Under the pieces are notes generated by a model, which did no database searches, was not told the DNA's origin, and saw only the letters and a list, made by a program, of their open reading frames with translations. Position numbers and translations under genes: made by a program. Shown in pieces: positions 20,641 through 31,942 of a DNA stretch of 64,000 bases (positions are counted from its first letter, which is position 1; each line of letters begins with the position of its first letter). Source of the stretch: Halorussus marinus (lineage in GTDB: Archaea; Halobacteriota; Halobacteria; Halobacteriales; Haladaptataceae); NCBI RefSeq assembly GCF_004765795.1, contig NZ_SBIV01000003.1, forward strand, positions 248,001 to 312,000, given 5' to 3'.

Positions 20641-21303
20641 ATGACCGAAGACGGAGGCGGCCCCCCGACCGACCGCGAGTCGCCGGTGGGCCAGCCGGTA
20701 GTCAGGGGCGACGAGAGCGTCACGGGCCAGCGCGCCGACCGGGCCAAGGCGTTCGACCCGGACGAGGAGGCGAGCCTCGCGGAGGCCGCCGACACCGCGC
20801 GACGCTTCGCCCAGAACACCGCGGGCGGCGAGGACAACGTCTTCATGCTCCGGGGCGCGGCCGCCTGCGCCGCGCTGGTCCGGGGCGTCGGCTCGTACAA
20901 GGGCGCCGCCGACCGCGCGGGCGGGGAGGTCACGGTCGCGTTCGTCCGGAAGTGGGCCAGAGTCCACGACCTCCCCCGGTCGATCCGGCGGTACGTCGCG
21001 ATGGGCCACGTCGCACCCACCGCCGCCAAGCACATCGCGCGGGTCGACGGCGAGGATCGGTTCCTGCTCGCGTGGGCCGTGCTCGACGGCGATCTCACGG
21101 TCCGGGAGGTCCGGGCGATCGCGAGCGAGATCAACCGCGGGACGCCGGTCGCCGACGCGCTCGCGGACCGCGACGTGACCCTCGGCGAACTCACGCTGGC
21201 GCTCCCGGCCGACACCTACCGGGAGCTCCGGCGGGCGGCCGCGCTGAACGACGCGGAGCCGGCCGACGTGGTCGCGAGCGCGCTCGACGAGTACCTCTCC
21301 TGA
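20641..21303 (+). CDS. Conserved haloarchaeal putative DNA-binding protein
   Basis: ParB-like HTH region and RHH-like C-terminus, by eye. Confidence 0.7.
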   Translation: MTEDGGGPPTDRESPVGQPVVRGDESVTGQRADRAKAFDPDEEASLAEAADTARRFAQNTAGGEDNVFMLRGAAACAALVRGVGSYKGAADRAGGEVTVAFVRKWARVHDLPRSIRRYVAMGHVAPTAAKHIARVDGEDRFLLAWAVLDGDLTVREVRAIASEINRGTPVADALADRDVTLGELTLALPADTYRELRRAAALNDAEPADVVASALDEYLS

Positions 21304-21315
21304 GGCCCGCAGTCT

Positions 21316-22671
<1,356 letters not shown>

Positions 22672-22719
22672 CTAACGAAAGTAAACGTTTAACCCGTATC
22701 GCCCGCAAGCGAGTGATGT

Positions 22720-22793
<74 letters not shown>

Positions 22794-22947
22794 CTTTTAG
22801 GACCAACGAACGCGGGTAGCGACGCGACTCGGAGAGTACTGAATCGGCGTCGGAAGCGAAGCCGAATGACCGTGGTTCAGATCCCCCTTGACTCGTCTTC
22901 TCGCCCGTCGGAAACGCTACGAGCGAATACGTTCGGCCTCTCGGTCC

Positions 22948-23367
22948 CTACTCCTCGCCGCCGGCCACCCACTTGTCGGCGTAGGCGGTCCCGCACTCGC
23001 AGTACGCGTAGGCGTGGATCACGTCGCCCTCGCCGTAGAGGCCGCCGACGTCCTCGTTTTGCGCCTCGGCGAACGCGAAGATGAACGTCGGGTCGGCGTC
23101 GCACTCGGGGCAGTCCCCGCCCGCGAGGTCGCGGTCGACGTCGCCGTCGGTGCCCATCGCTCGCTTGGCGAACCCCATCGCGTCCATGTCGGTCGCGGTC
23201 TTGAACACGCTCCGGCCCCGGTCGCCCTCGACGACGAGGACGGTTCCCCGTTCGACGGTCTCGCCGTGGTCGGCCAGTCCGCCGTCGCCCGAGACGAACG
23301 AGTCGGCGAGGTAGAGCGCCACGTCTTCGGGACGCTCGCCCGCCAGGAACTGCTCGCGCTTGCTCAT
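22948..23367 (-). CDS. DUF5807-like Cys-containing conserved protein
   Basis: FLAGERPEDV, CPEC, FAEAQNEDVGGLY, CECGTAYADKW. Confidence 0.8.
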   Translation of the reverse strand: MSKREQFLAGERPEDVALYLADSFVSGDGGLADHGETVERGTVLVVEGDRGRSVFKTATDMDAMGFAKRAMGTDGDVDRDLAGGDCPECDADPTFIFAFAEAQNEDVGGLYGEGDVIHAYAYCECGTAYADKWVAGGEE

Positions 23368-23749
23368 ACCCCCCGTAGCGAGGTGAGCGGGAAAAGGCTC
23401 GCGTTCTCGGGCGGCGACGGCGCTCGCGAACGCGGGGTCGGCAGGAATGGTGGACGGCGGTCGACGGTCGTCGCGGTCTCGCAGTCCGAGCAAGGCGACG
23501 AGAGCCGATAGTGGCGGGTCGACGACCGGACGCCGATGTCACAGACGAGCACTCGATCGTTCGAAGGCGGTACGACAGTCGGCGACGCGCCGACACGTCT
23601 TCGTATGCCGGGGAGCGACATAACCGGGACTCTTCGCGCAATATTCTCGACGGACAGGCTGGAAGCTGTTCGTTTGAACAACGATCGGGCGATACTCGCC
23701 ACAAAGAGTGTCGGAGATACAGAAGAATAGCGAACTTCGTGTCCGAACT

Positions 23750-25027
23750 TCAACTTCGGACGTTCTCGCCGACGGGGTCGCCGAACGTCCCCGAGTCGTA
23801 CACCACGTTCCCGCGGACCATCGTGAGTTCGGGGAACACGCCGGCCATCCCCTCGAAGGGGGTCCACCCGCACTTCGAGTGGAGGTCCTCGCCGCGGATC
23901 TCCCGGTTCTCGTCGGGGTCGACGAGAACGAGGTCGGCCATCAGGCCCTCCTCGATGCGTCCTTTCCGAGTGAGCCCCAGCACGTCGGCGGGGTTCGCCG
24001 CGGTCAGATCCCGGACGCGCTCGTAGCTCAGCCGCCCCGCTCGGGCCTGCTCTAACAGGAGCGGGAGCATCGTCTCGACGCCCGGCACGCCGCTCGGCGC
24101 GTCCCACACGCCGGCGTCTTTCTCCTCGCGGGTGTGGGGCGCGTGGTCGGTCGCCACGATGTCGACCGTCCCGTCGGCGACGCGCTCGAAGAGTGCCTCC
24201 CGGCGGTCCTCGCTCCGGAGCGGCGGGTTCATCCGGCCGAACGCCTCGAGATCGTCGTAGTCGTCTCGCGAGAGCAACAGGTGGTGGGGCGTCACCTCGC
24301 AGGTCGCGTCCCGCTCTTTGGCGGCGTCGACGCCCTCGGGCGTGCTGGTGTGGGCGATGTGGATGCGTGCGTCGGCCTCGGCGCCGATCTCGCAGGCGCG
24401 CTCGACCGCGGCGGCCTCCGCCTCGGGAGTGCGGTAGGCGCTCCACGCGTCGTAGTCGTCCGCGTCGCGCTCGGTCGCATCGGCCGAGAACAGGTCGGCG
24501 TCCTCGGCGTGGACGGTCACTACGCGGTACTCGTCGGTCGCGCGCTCGACCGCCTCGGCGAACAGCGCCTCGTCGATCCCCATCTCGCCGGTCGAATCCG
24601 CCAGAAACACCTCGCCGAGCGCGAGGAGGGGCCGATCGAACAGCGCGTCGGGGTCCCAGTCGGGGGTGACCCCGCCGTTGATGCCGTAGTCGACGTACGA
24701 CTTCGCGGCGAGGTCGGCCTTCTCGTCGTAGCTCGGGCCGTCGACGGTCGGCGGGTCGGTGTTGGGCTGGTCGACGACGGTCGTCACCCCGCCCGCGGCC
24801 GCGGACTTGCTCCCGGTCTCCCACGTCTCCTTGTGGGAGAACCCGGGCTCGCGGAAGTGGACGTGGGCGTCGATCGCGCCCGGCAGGAGGAGCTTCCCGT
24901 CGGCGTCGATCACCTCGCCCGCCTCGGTGAGCGTCGAGCCGACGGCGGCGATGCGCCCCGCCGACGTGTCGATTCGGACGTCGCACTCGCGGCCGTCGGC
25001 GAGCGTCGCGTTCCGGATAGTGAGCAT
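23750..25027 (-). CDS. pyrC: Dihydroorotase
   Basis: DAHVHFREPG, AAAGGVTT, MNPPLR, ATDHAPH. Confidence 0.93.
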   Translation of the reverse strand: MLTIRNATLADGRECDVRIDTSAGRIAAVGSTLTEAGEVIDADGKLLLPGAIDAHVHFREPGFSHKETWETGSKSAAAGGVTTVVDQPNTDPPTVDGPSYDEKADLAAKSYVDYGINGGVTPDWDPDALFDRPLLALGEVFLADSTGEMGIDEALFAEAVERATDEYRVVTVHAEDADLFSADATERDADDYDAWSAYRTPEAEAAAVERACEIGAEADARIHIAHTSTPEGVDAAKERDATCEVTPHHLLLSRDDYDDLEAFGRMNPPLRSEDRREALFERVADGTVDIVATDHAPHTREEKDAGVWDAPSGVPGVETMLPLLLEQARAGRLSYERVRDLTAANPADVLGLTRKGRIEEGLMADLVLVDPDENREIRGEDLHSKCGWTPFEGMAGVFPELTMVRGNVVYDSGTFGDPVGENVRS

Positions 25028-25186
25028 TCTCGGTCTTAGCATCCCGGGCGAGCGCCCTAAGCTTCCCGATTTGGGCTCCCGACAGACGGTGTCTGTGTCT
25101 CTGGCGCCCCGAAGTGCCAGCGTCGTCTGCTCGGCGCCCGACGGCCGGCCGTGCCGGCGAGCGAAGGGGCGGGTCGAACGCCCGGC

Positions 25187-25888
25187 TCAGGCGCTGGCGG
25201 CGTCCTCGCGCTCGCCCACGCGAACGACCTCCGTCTCCCGGTCGCCCACCAGTAACGCCTCGATCGTCCGGGCCACCTCGTCGGGATCGTCGGTGCCGCC
25301 GGCGTCGGCGACGCTCCCGACCGAGTCGGGGTCGAAGGGAACGCCGAGCGCGGCGTAGACCGGATCGAGCACGTCAGCGATCTCCTCGCGGTCCCGGACG
25401 ACGACGACCCCCGAGACCAGCGCGGCGTTCTTCCGGACGCGCTGGGCGATGCCGACGAGCTTGCCCTCACACTGCAGCGAGTAGTCGCCCGCACAGAAGC
25501 TCGCCTCGGGCTCGCCGCGCCGCGCCGGGACGCCGAGCTTCCAGAGGGCGCGCTGGATCGCCCGGGTCGCCTCGTCGTAGCGTTCGTCCATCCCGACCCG
25601 CATGTCCGCCAGCGGGACCGCCGTCGCGAACGCGACCGTGTTGCCGGTGTAGGCGACCGCCCGGCCGCCGACCGACCGCTCGACCGGATCGAACTCGCAA
25701 CCGCGGGCGACCCGCTTTGCGACGTCGTAGTCGTCGCTCCGCGAGTCGCGGCGACCGAACGCGATCTGGCGGTGGGGTCGCCACGCCCGGACCGCGGGGT
25801 CGCCCGACTCGGCGGTGCGTTCGAGCATCGCGGCGGTGGCGTCGCGGTCGGCGACCGGCGAGTCGGCCCGTCCGCGGAGTACGCGCAT
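25187..25888 (-). CDS. Lipoate-protein ligase A family protein
   Basis: RSVGGRAVAY, GKLVGIAQR. Confidence 0.87.
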   Translation of the reverse strand: MRVLRGRADSPVADRDATAAMLERTAESGDPAVRAWRPHRQIAFGRRDSRSDDYDVAKRVARGCEFDPVERSVGGRAVAYTGNTVAFATAVPLADMRVGMDERYDEATRAIQRALWKLGVPARRGEPEASFCAGDYSLQCEGKLVGIAQRVRKNAALVSGVVVVRDREEIADVLDPVYAALGVPFDPDSVGSVADAGGTDDPDEVARTIEALLVGDRETEVVRVGEREDAASA

Positions 25889-25942
25889 GGCGGGGGGTTG
25901 CATCCGGAGTACCTAAATCCTCCGGGCTTCGAGACACGAACG

Positions 25943-26827
25943 ATGGTCACGCTTCCCGCGGCGACCCTCGAACTGTTCCCGCGGTTCTCGCTGTACAACT
26001 CGCCGTACGTCGCCCACGAAGAGGGGTGTGCGATCGACCTCTACCCCCAGTCGGACGACCGACCGGGCGACGACGCTCCGAGCCCGGTCGCGGGCGAGGT
26101 CGTCGCCACCCGGACGGTCTCGGCGCCGCCCAAGCCGTACGCGGTCGAGCACGACTACCTCGTGGTGATAGACACCGGCACCCACCTCGCCCGGATCCTC
26201 CACGTCGAGCCGGCGGTCGAACCGGGCGAGGCGGTGGCGGTCGGCGACTCGCTCGGCGAGATGGTGCGGTCTGGCTTTTTCGCGCCGTGGGTCGACAACC
26301 ACGTCCACCTCGGCTTCCGCGAGCGCGACGCGAACCCTCACCGGGCCTCGGGGTCGCTCTCGGTCGACGCGGCGGTCGACCCGGTCGCGGTCGCGTGGGA
26401 CGGGACCGGTCGGGTCGCCGAGCGCGCCGACACCTACGTGGTCCTCGACGCCCCCGACCACCCCGCGCCGGGCGAGCGGTTCGCGGGGATCGGGGGGCGC
26501 GTCGCGGCGAGCGAGGCGGACGGAGGCTCCTCGGGCGGGGACCCCGAGCCCGACGGCGTCCTCGACGGCGGCCTCCCTCACTACGACGGCGGCGGGCTCC
26601 TCGGCGACGCCTCAGGTCCCGTCTCGCTCGCGGGCCGGCCCGTGGGCGTCGCCGACGGCCGGACGGTCGCGTGGGACGACGTGACCGTGCTGGCGAACGG
26701 GACGCCGATCACGGGCGTCTCGCTGTTCTGCTCGCGCCGGGCGTCGTTCGGCGCGAAGCTGGTGTGTCCCGACGCCGACTTCGAGGTCGGCGAGCGCGTC
26801 GCGGTGACCGTGACGCGCGGTCGGTAG
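25943..26827 (+). CDS. Conserved hypothetical protein with M23/hybrid-motif-like N-terminal region
   Basis: AIDLYP, SPVAGEV, LHVEPAV..GEAVAVGDSLG, HVHLGF. Confidence 0.65.
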   Translation: MVTLPAATLELFPRFSLYNSPYVAHEEGCAIDLYPQSDDRPGDDAPSPVAGEVVATRTVSAPPKPYAVEHDYLVVIDTGTHLARILHVEPAVEPGEAVAVGDSLGEMVRSGFFAPWVDNHVHLGFRERDANPHRASGSLSVDAAVDPVAVAWDGTGRVAERADTYVVLDAPDHPAPGERFAGIGGRVAASEADGGSSGGDPEPDGVLDGGLPHYDGGGLLGDASGPVSLAGRPVGVADGRTVAWDDVTVLANGTPITGVSLFCSRRASFGAKLVCPDADFEVGERVAVTVTRGR

Positions 26828-26839
26828 CCGGCGCCCGCG

Positions 26840-27256
26840 TCAGAACGGCCCCGACTCGGTCGTCGGCCGGGTGTACCACAGCGCCCAGAGAATCAACACC
26901 CCCTGCAGTGGGAGCCGTCCCCAGCGGACGAGCTCCGAGGGGTCGCCGCCGCCCGGCATCCCCTCGACGACGACACCGTGGGTCGCCATGTAGACGTTCG
27001 CCGGAAAGACGGCGACGAGGAGCGCGACGGTTCCCCACGCCGCGAGCCGCCGGGTCCGGGGGATCGCGAGCCCGACCCCGACGGCTATCTCCGCGAGCCC
27101 GGAGAGATAGACGAGCGCGAGCGCCGCCGGGAACACCGGCGGCACGATCTGGACGTACAACTCCGGGACGACGAAGTGTAGCACGCCCGCGAGGACGTAC
27201 GCCGACGCCATCAGGTACAACAGCGGGCGCTTGAGCCGTTGGAGAAGTCGGTTCAC
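26840..27256 (-). CDS. DoxX-like membrane protein
   Basis: AGVLHF, VYLSGLAEI, VFPANVYMA, RLPLQ. Confidence 0.87.
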   Translation of the reverse strand: MNRLLQRLKRPLLYLMASAYVLAGVLHFVVPELYVQIVPPVFPAALALVYLSGLAEIAVGVGLAIPRTRRLAAWGTVALLVAVFPANVYMATHGVVVEGMPGGGDPSELVRWGRLPLQGVLILWALWYTRPTTESGPF

Positions 27257-27430
27257 CGTCGGCGGTTGCGCTCACAGCGGTGAAACAGTTTCGCTCTCTC
27301 GCCGGGGTCGGACACGCTACGTGGCGACCCGGACGCGCTCGAAGCCGTGGTGGGACGGCGGGGGTCTCGCTCGACGACGAATATTATTGAAAAATTTTAT
27401 GTTGCGTTGCGAACGCCGAGTAACCGTACC

Positions 27431-28228
27431 ATGTCACGGACGGTGAGCGTAGTCTCCGGACTGTACGACGCGGTACTCAGACCGGCGGCGCTCGTCGAGG
27501 CGCGCACCGTCCGACAGCGACAGGGGTCGCTGTTGACCCAACTGGGTCAGCTCCGGCGGCTGTTGGTGGTCTACGTGATCAACCTCGCGGCGTACGCCGG
27601 ACCGTTGACCCTCGCGGGCTTCGGGCGCCAGAACGTTCCCGCGATGCCCGCGTGGTTCGGCGGCTCGCTCGGTGGCGTCGGCGGTCCCGAGACGTGGAAA
27701 CTCCTGTTCGGGTTCGCCCAGAACTCGCTGTTCCTGCTGGCCGCGACTGGACTCACACTGCTGAGCGTCCACGTCTCGATGGTGGTCACGCTCCAGTCGA
27801 ACGGCTTCCTCCGGACCGCGTACGCGGTCATCTACTCCACGAGCGCGTACCTCGCCGGTATCTTCACCGTCGTCTGGTACCTCTCGACCGCCGAGGGCGT
27901 GGCCGCCGCTCGCACCCTCGTCGTCGATTTCCAGAAGGCGTTCATCTACGCGGTCATCGACTGGTTCGGCGCGGGCCTGGGGCTCCCGGGCGGTCGTCCC
28001 GGCGCGCTCGAACTCGGGCAGTTGTCCCCGCACGGCCAGTCGGTGCTCGCGGTCCTCGTCGTCCTCGTCGCGTACTACCTCTACTCGCTGTATCTCGGCG
28101 CGCGCCTCAACCACGGGGCCGACCGCATCAAGGGCCTGCTGGTGGTCCTCGCGGTGGTCGCCTCGCCGGTCCTCTACATCTCCGCGTCGATACTCGCGTA
28201 CACCACGCCGGCCATCCCGACGCTGTAA
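27431..28228 (+). CDS. Polytopic membrane protein, possibly Yip1-like
   Basis: About 5-6 TM segments; GFLRTAYAVIYS resembles a Yip1 motif; AT-rich upstream. Confidence 0.65.
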   Translation: MSRTVSVVSGLYDAVLRPAALVEARTVRQRQGSLLTQLGQLRRLLVVYVINLAAYAGPLTLAGFGRQNVPAMPAWFGGSLGGVGGPETWKLLFGFAQNSLFLLAATGLTLLSVHVSMVVTLQSNGFLRTAYAVIYSTSAYLAGIFTVVWYLSTAEGVAAARTLVVDFQKAFIYAVIDWFGAGLGLPGGRPGALELGQLSPHGQSVLAVLVVLVAYYLYSLYLGARLNHGADRIKGLLVVLAVVASPVLYISASILAYTTPAIPTL

Positions 28229-28246
28229 CTCTTCCATTCACGAACA

Positions 28247-28792
28247 ATGAGCGTACAATCATCCGATACGCCCGACGAAGCCGCACCGACCGACGCGGGG
28301 AGCGATGCGACGACCTCGACGTCGAACCGAACGACGGTCGAGACGCCGATACGGACTCACCCGACGCTCCGGCCCACGACGATCTGGCTCGTCTCCGTGA
28401 CGGTTCTGGGCGTCGGACTGATCGCGGCGATCCGGTCGGCCCCCGGAGTCCTCGGCGGTGCGGGGGCCGCGACCGTCGCGATGCGGGCGGTGGCGCTTCT
28501 GACCGGGCTTGGGGTCCTGCGCTTCCTCGCTCGGCTCTACGTGCTCAGACAGACCGAGTACGTCGTCGACGAGGACACCATCACTCGCCAGTACGAACTG
28601 TTCTTCCGGACGTGGCAGCGCACGGTCCCTGTCTCTAAGGTCCGGAGCCACGAACTCCGCCAGAGCAGGGTCCAGAAGCTGCTGGGGTACGGTACCATCT
28701 CGATGAATCAGGGACTCGGCGCGATCGAACTGGAGAACGTCACGAGCCCCCACGCGCTGTACGACAGCGTCAGCACGCTGGTCGAGCGATGA
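28247..28792 (+). CDS. Membrane protein with bacterial PH (bPH_2) domain
   Basis: Two TM helices, then EYVVDED..RTVPVSKV..RQSRVQKLLGYGTI. Confidence 0.85.
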   Translation: MSVQSSDTPDEAAPTDAGSDATTSTSNRTTVETPIRTHPTLRPTTIWLVSVTVLGVGLIAAIRSAPGVLGGAGAATVAMRAVALLTGLGVLRFLARLYVLRQTEYVVDEDTITRQYELFFRTWQRTVPVSKVRSHELRQSRVQKLLGYGTISMNQGLGAIELENVTSPHALYDSVSTLVER

Positions 28793-30030
28793 ATCGGGAC
28801 GAGGCCCCCGACCACGACTCGCCCGAGTCCCGTCGTCGCGGCGTCCTCGCGGCGCTCGGCTCGCTGGCGGTGTCGGGCTGTCTCCGGCTGACCGCGACCG
28901 GCGACGCGACGACTACCGCGTCCGAGACGCAGGGCGGCACCACGAACGACCGAGTGCCGGACACCGAGATCACCGAGAACCCGGCGACCACCACCGAGAC
29001 GACCTCCGACTGGGACGTCGAGTTAGCGCCTCAGTGGAGTCGCCACCTCGGCCCGGGCGAACACGTCCTCGACGGCGACACGCTGTACGTCGCCGACCGC
29101 GATCAGACCACCGACCTCGGCCTGCTCGCGCTGGACGTCGCGGACGGCTCGCGGCGCTGGACCGTCTCGTCCCCGTACCGGACGCGATCGCTCGCACTGG
29201 CCGACGACGGAACCCTCTACGCCGGCGTGGGACAACTCACCGAAACCGACGGGTCGCTGTACGCCGTCGACGCCGAATCGGGGTCGGCCGAGGTCGTCTT
29301 CGACGCCGACCAGTCGCCGACGCGGGGCTCGCCGCTGATCGGGTCCGACTTCGTGGTGTTCGGAACGACGTTCCACGAAGACGGCGAGGACAAGCTCTAC
29401 GGCCTCTCTCGGGACGGCCACGATGTCCGGTGGTCGGCGAGCGTCGAGGACGGCAGCTACACCGGCGGCGTCCTCGCCGACGGAACGGCCTACGTCGGCG
29501 GATTCGACTACCGGTTCGGAGCGCTCGATCCCGCGACCGGCCAGTGGGCGTGGCGCGAGGACTGGCAACTCGCCCCCGACACCGACCCGGTTGTCAAGGA
29601 CGGGTCGTTGTTGTTCGTTGACGCCGACCGTGGGCTCGAACTGCTCGACCCCGCGACCGGCGAGGAGGTGTGGCGTCACGCGGTCGAGCGGGAGACGAAC
29701 GTCCTCTCGCACGTCTCGGGGCCGGTGTTCGACGGCGACGTCGCCTTCTTCACGGTCGGTCCGAACGTCCACGCGGCCGGAATCGGCGGCGACGAACTGT
29801 GGTCGGTCGAACTCCCCAATCCGGTACGGTACTCGCCCGCCGTCGTCGGGGACGTGGTCTGGGTCGCCACGCAGGACACCGACGTTCTCCACGGCCTCGA
29901 CGTCGAGACCGGCGAGACGGTGTTCCGAACGCAACTCCCCGCCAACACTGAGCGGACCGCGGCCGCGGGCGACCGCCTGTTCGCGTTCCTCGACGACCGC
30001 GTGCTGGCGTTCACCGTGACTCGACCGTGA
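28789..30030 (+). CDS. Tat lipoprotein with PQQ-like beta-propeller repeats
   Basis: SRRRGVL..VSGC; repeats ALDVADGSRRW, ALDPATGQWAW, LLDPATGEEVW. Confidence 0.88.
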   Translation: MNRDEAPDHDSPESRRRGVLAALGSLAVSGCLRLTATGDATTTASETQGGTTNDRVPDTEITENPATTTETTSDWDVELAPQWSRHLGPGEHVLDGDTLYVADRDQTTDLGLLALDVADGSRRWTVSSPYRTRSLALADDGTLYAGVGQLTETDGSLYAVDAESGSAEVVFDADQSPTRGSPLIGSDFVVFGTTFHEDGEDKLYGLSRDGHDVRWSASVEDGSYTGGVLADGTAYVGGFDYRFGALDPATGQWAWREDWQLAPDTDPVVKDGSLLFVDADRGLELLDPATGEEVWRHAVERETNVLSHVSGPVFDGDVAFFTVGPNVHAAGIGGDELWSVELPNPVRYSPAVVGDVVWVATQDTDVLHGLDVETGETVFRTQLPANTERTAAAGDRLFAFLDDRVLAFTVTRP

Positions 30031-31174
30031 ACGCCTCGACGCCCGCGTCGTGTTCGACGTAGAGGCGGTCGCCCGAGCCGGCGAGCCACTGCCCGCGCCC
30101 GTCGAGTTGCGTCTCGAACCTCGCCTGCTCGCGGGTCGGATCGACCGCGAGCAGTCGCTCGTCGACCGTGAGAATCCAGACGTGGCCCGCGTGGAACGCC
30201 GGCGGGGTCGTGACGTACGTCTCCTCGCCGCCGGTGTCGAGTACCTTCCGTCCGTTCGAGCCGTCGCGTCCGACCGCGTAGAGGCCGTCCCAGCCGCCGA
30301 CGTACAGCGTCTCGTCTACCAGCGTCGGCGCCGTATGGATCTTCTCGTTCTCGAACGACCACTGTTCTAGCCCGCTGGCGACGTCGAGCGCCCGGAGACC
30401 GCCGTGTGTCGTGAGGTAGGCGACGCCGTCGACCACTAGCGGGCTCCCGGAGACCCCCCAGTCGGTCGTCATACCGACCGAGCCGTCGTCGAGCGAGTAG
30501 GTCGCGAAGTTGTTGAGATAGCCGACGAGTACCGTCCCCTCGGTCACCGAGACGCCGCCGACCGCGTCGGTGGCGAACTGGCTCGCGGTCCACCGCTCGT
30601 CGAGGCCCCGACGAGCGAGCGCGAACAGCGTCGGCCCCTCGCGCTCGGAAGTGGTGTTGGAGTAGCCCGCAAACACCGTCTCGTCGGTGACCCCGAACAG
30701 GTCGACCGTGCGTGCCACCTCGGTCTGGTTCTCGACATTACCGTCCGGACTCAGAGTGGCGACGGTCCCCGACTCCGTCGTCTCCTCGTCTTCGTCTACG
30801 CCGCCCGAGACGACGACGCCCTCGTCGGTCGCCGCGACCGAGTGAATCTGGAAGTCGGTCGCTTCGGCCCACAGTTCGTCGCCCGATTCGGGGTCGAGCG
30901 CGGTCACGCTATCGCTCCGGCCGACGTAGAGCGCGTCGTCACCGAACGTGGTGGCCGCCGGCCGTTTTCTCCACAGCCACCCCGAATCGAGCGTGAGTGA
31001 TTCCGGTCCCGACTCGGTCGTCGAGGCGCCTTCCGGCGCGTCGTCGTCGGTAGTCGATCCGGCCGTCGCCGCGCCGTCGGCCGTCTCGGTCCTCGTTTCC
31101 TCGGTGGCGGTCAGCCTGAGACAGCCCCCGAGCGCCGACAGTCCGGTCACCGCGAGCAGACGCCTCCGACGCAT
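30011..31174 (-). CDS. Tat lipoprotein with PQQ-like beta-propeller repeats
   Basis: MRRRRLL..LGGC; ALDPESGDELW, ALDVASGLEQW. Confidence 0.88.
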   Translation of the reverse strand: MRRRRLLAVTGLSALGGCLRLTATEETRTETADGAATAGSTTDDDAPEGASTTESGPESLTLDSGWLWRKRPAATTFGDDALYVGRSDSVTALDPESGDELWAEATDFQIHSVAATDEGVVVSGGVDEDEETTESGTVATLSPDGNVENQTEVARTVDLFGVTDETVFAGYSNTTSEREGPTLFALARRGLDERWTASQFATDAVGGVSVTEGTVLVGYLNNFATYSLDDGSVGMTTDWGVSGSPLVVDGVAYLTTHGGLRALDVASGLEQWSFENEKIHTAPTLVDETLYVGGWDGLYAVGRDGSNGRKVLDTGGEETYVTTPPAFHAGHVWILTVDERLLAVDPTREQARFETQLDGRGQWLAGSGDRLYVEHDAGVEAFTVESR

Positions 31175-31265
31175 TTTCGCGGGGGTTTCGGCCGTCAGAA
31201 ATTATATCTACTGGTTCCCGAAACCCCGGGCCGAGCGGTCGGACCGCCGGAACCAGACGCGGGCG

Positions 31266-31838
31266 CTACGCGAAACCGATCTCGTCTCTCGTCGTCACCT
31301 CGCCGAACAGGAAGTCGGCGTGGTCGACCGCGTACTCCCTGTGGGCCTCCTCGATGTACCCTACCGCGTCCTCGACCAGCACGGGGCGGTAGTCCCGGAG
31401 CCCGGCGCTCCCGGCGGTGTGGAGCACGCAGACGTTCGCGAGCGTCCCGCAGATGACCAGATCGTCGATCCCGTGGGCGTCGAGATACCCCTCGAGGTCG
31501 GTCCGGTAGAAGGCGTCGTAGGTGTGTTTGTCGACGACGTGGTCGTCCTCGCGCACGTCGAGGTCGTCGTGGAACTCGGCGTCCCAGGTGTCTTCGAGGA
31601 CGTGTTCGCCCCATCGCTCGAACTCGTCGTAGTAGTGGTTCCCGTCGAACTGCTCGGGCGGGTGGACGTCGCGGGTGTAGACGACCGACGCGCCCGCCTC
31701 GCGGGCGGTCGCGACCACCTCGGTCACGGCCGCGAGCGCCTCCTCGCTCGCGGGCGCGTGGAGACTTCCGTCGGGGTGACAGAAGCCGTTCTGCATGTCG
31801 ACCACGACCACTGCGGTGGAGTCGGGTTCCAGACGCAT
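31266..31838 (-). CDS. Isochorismatase-family cysteine hydrolase (nicotinamidase-like)
   Basis: VDMQNGF, KHTYDAF, GTLANVCV; near pncB. Confidence 0.9.
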   Translation of the reverse strand: MRLEPDSTAVVVVDMQNGFCHPDGSLHAPASEEALAAVTEVVATAREAGASVVYTRDVHPPEQFDGNHYYDEFERWGEHVLEDTWDAEFHDDLDVREDDHVVDKHTYDAFYRTDLEGYLDAHGIDDLVICGTLANVCVLHTAGSAGLRDYRPVLVEDAVGYIEEAHREYAVDHADFLFGEVTTRDEIGFA

Positions 31839-31942
31839 ACGCGACCCTACGAAAACGGCGGCAAAAAGCGCTTTCCCGGTGTCGGAGGCCCGAGCCTTCC
31901 CGAACTTTTTAGCGGAGTAGCCCCATGTGAGAGTTACAACTG

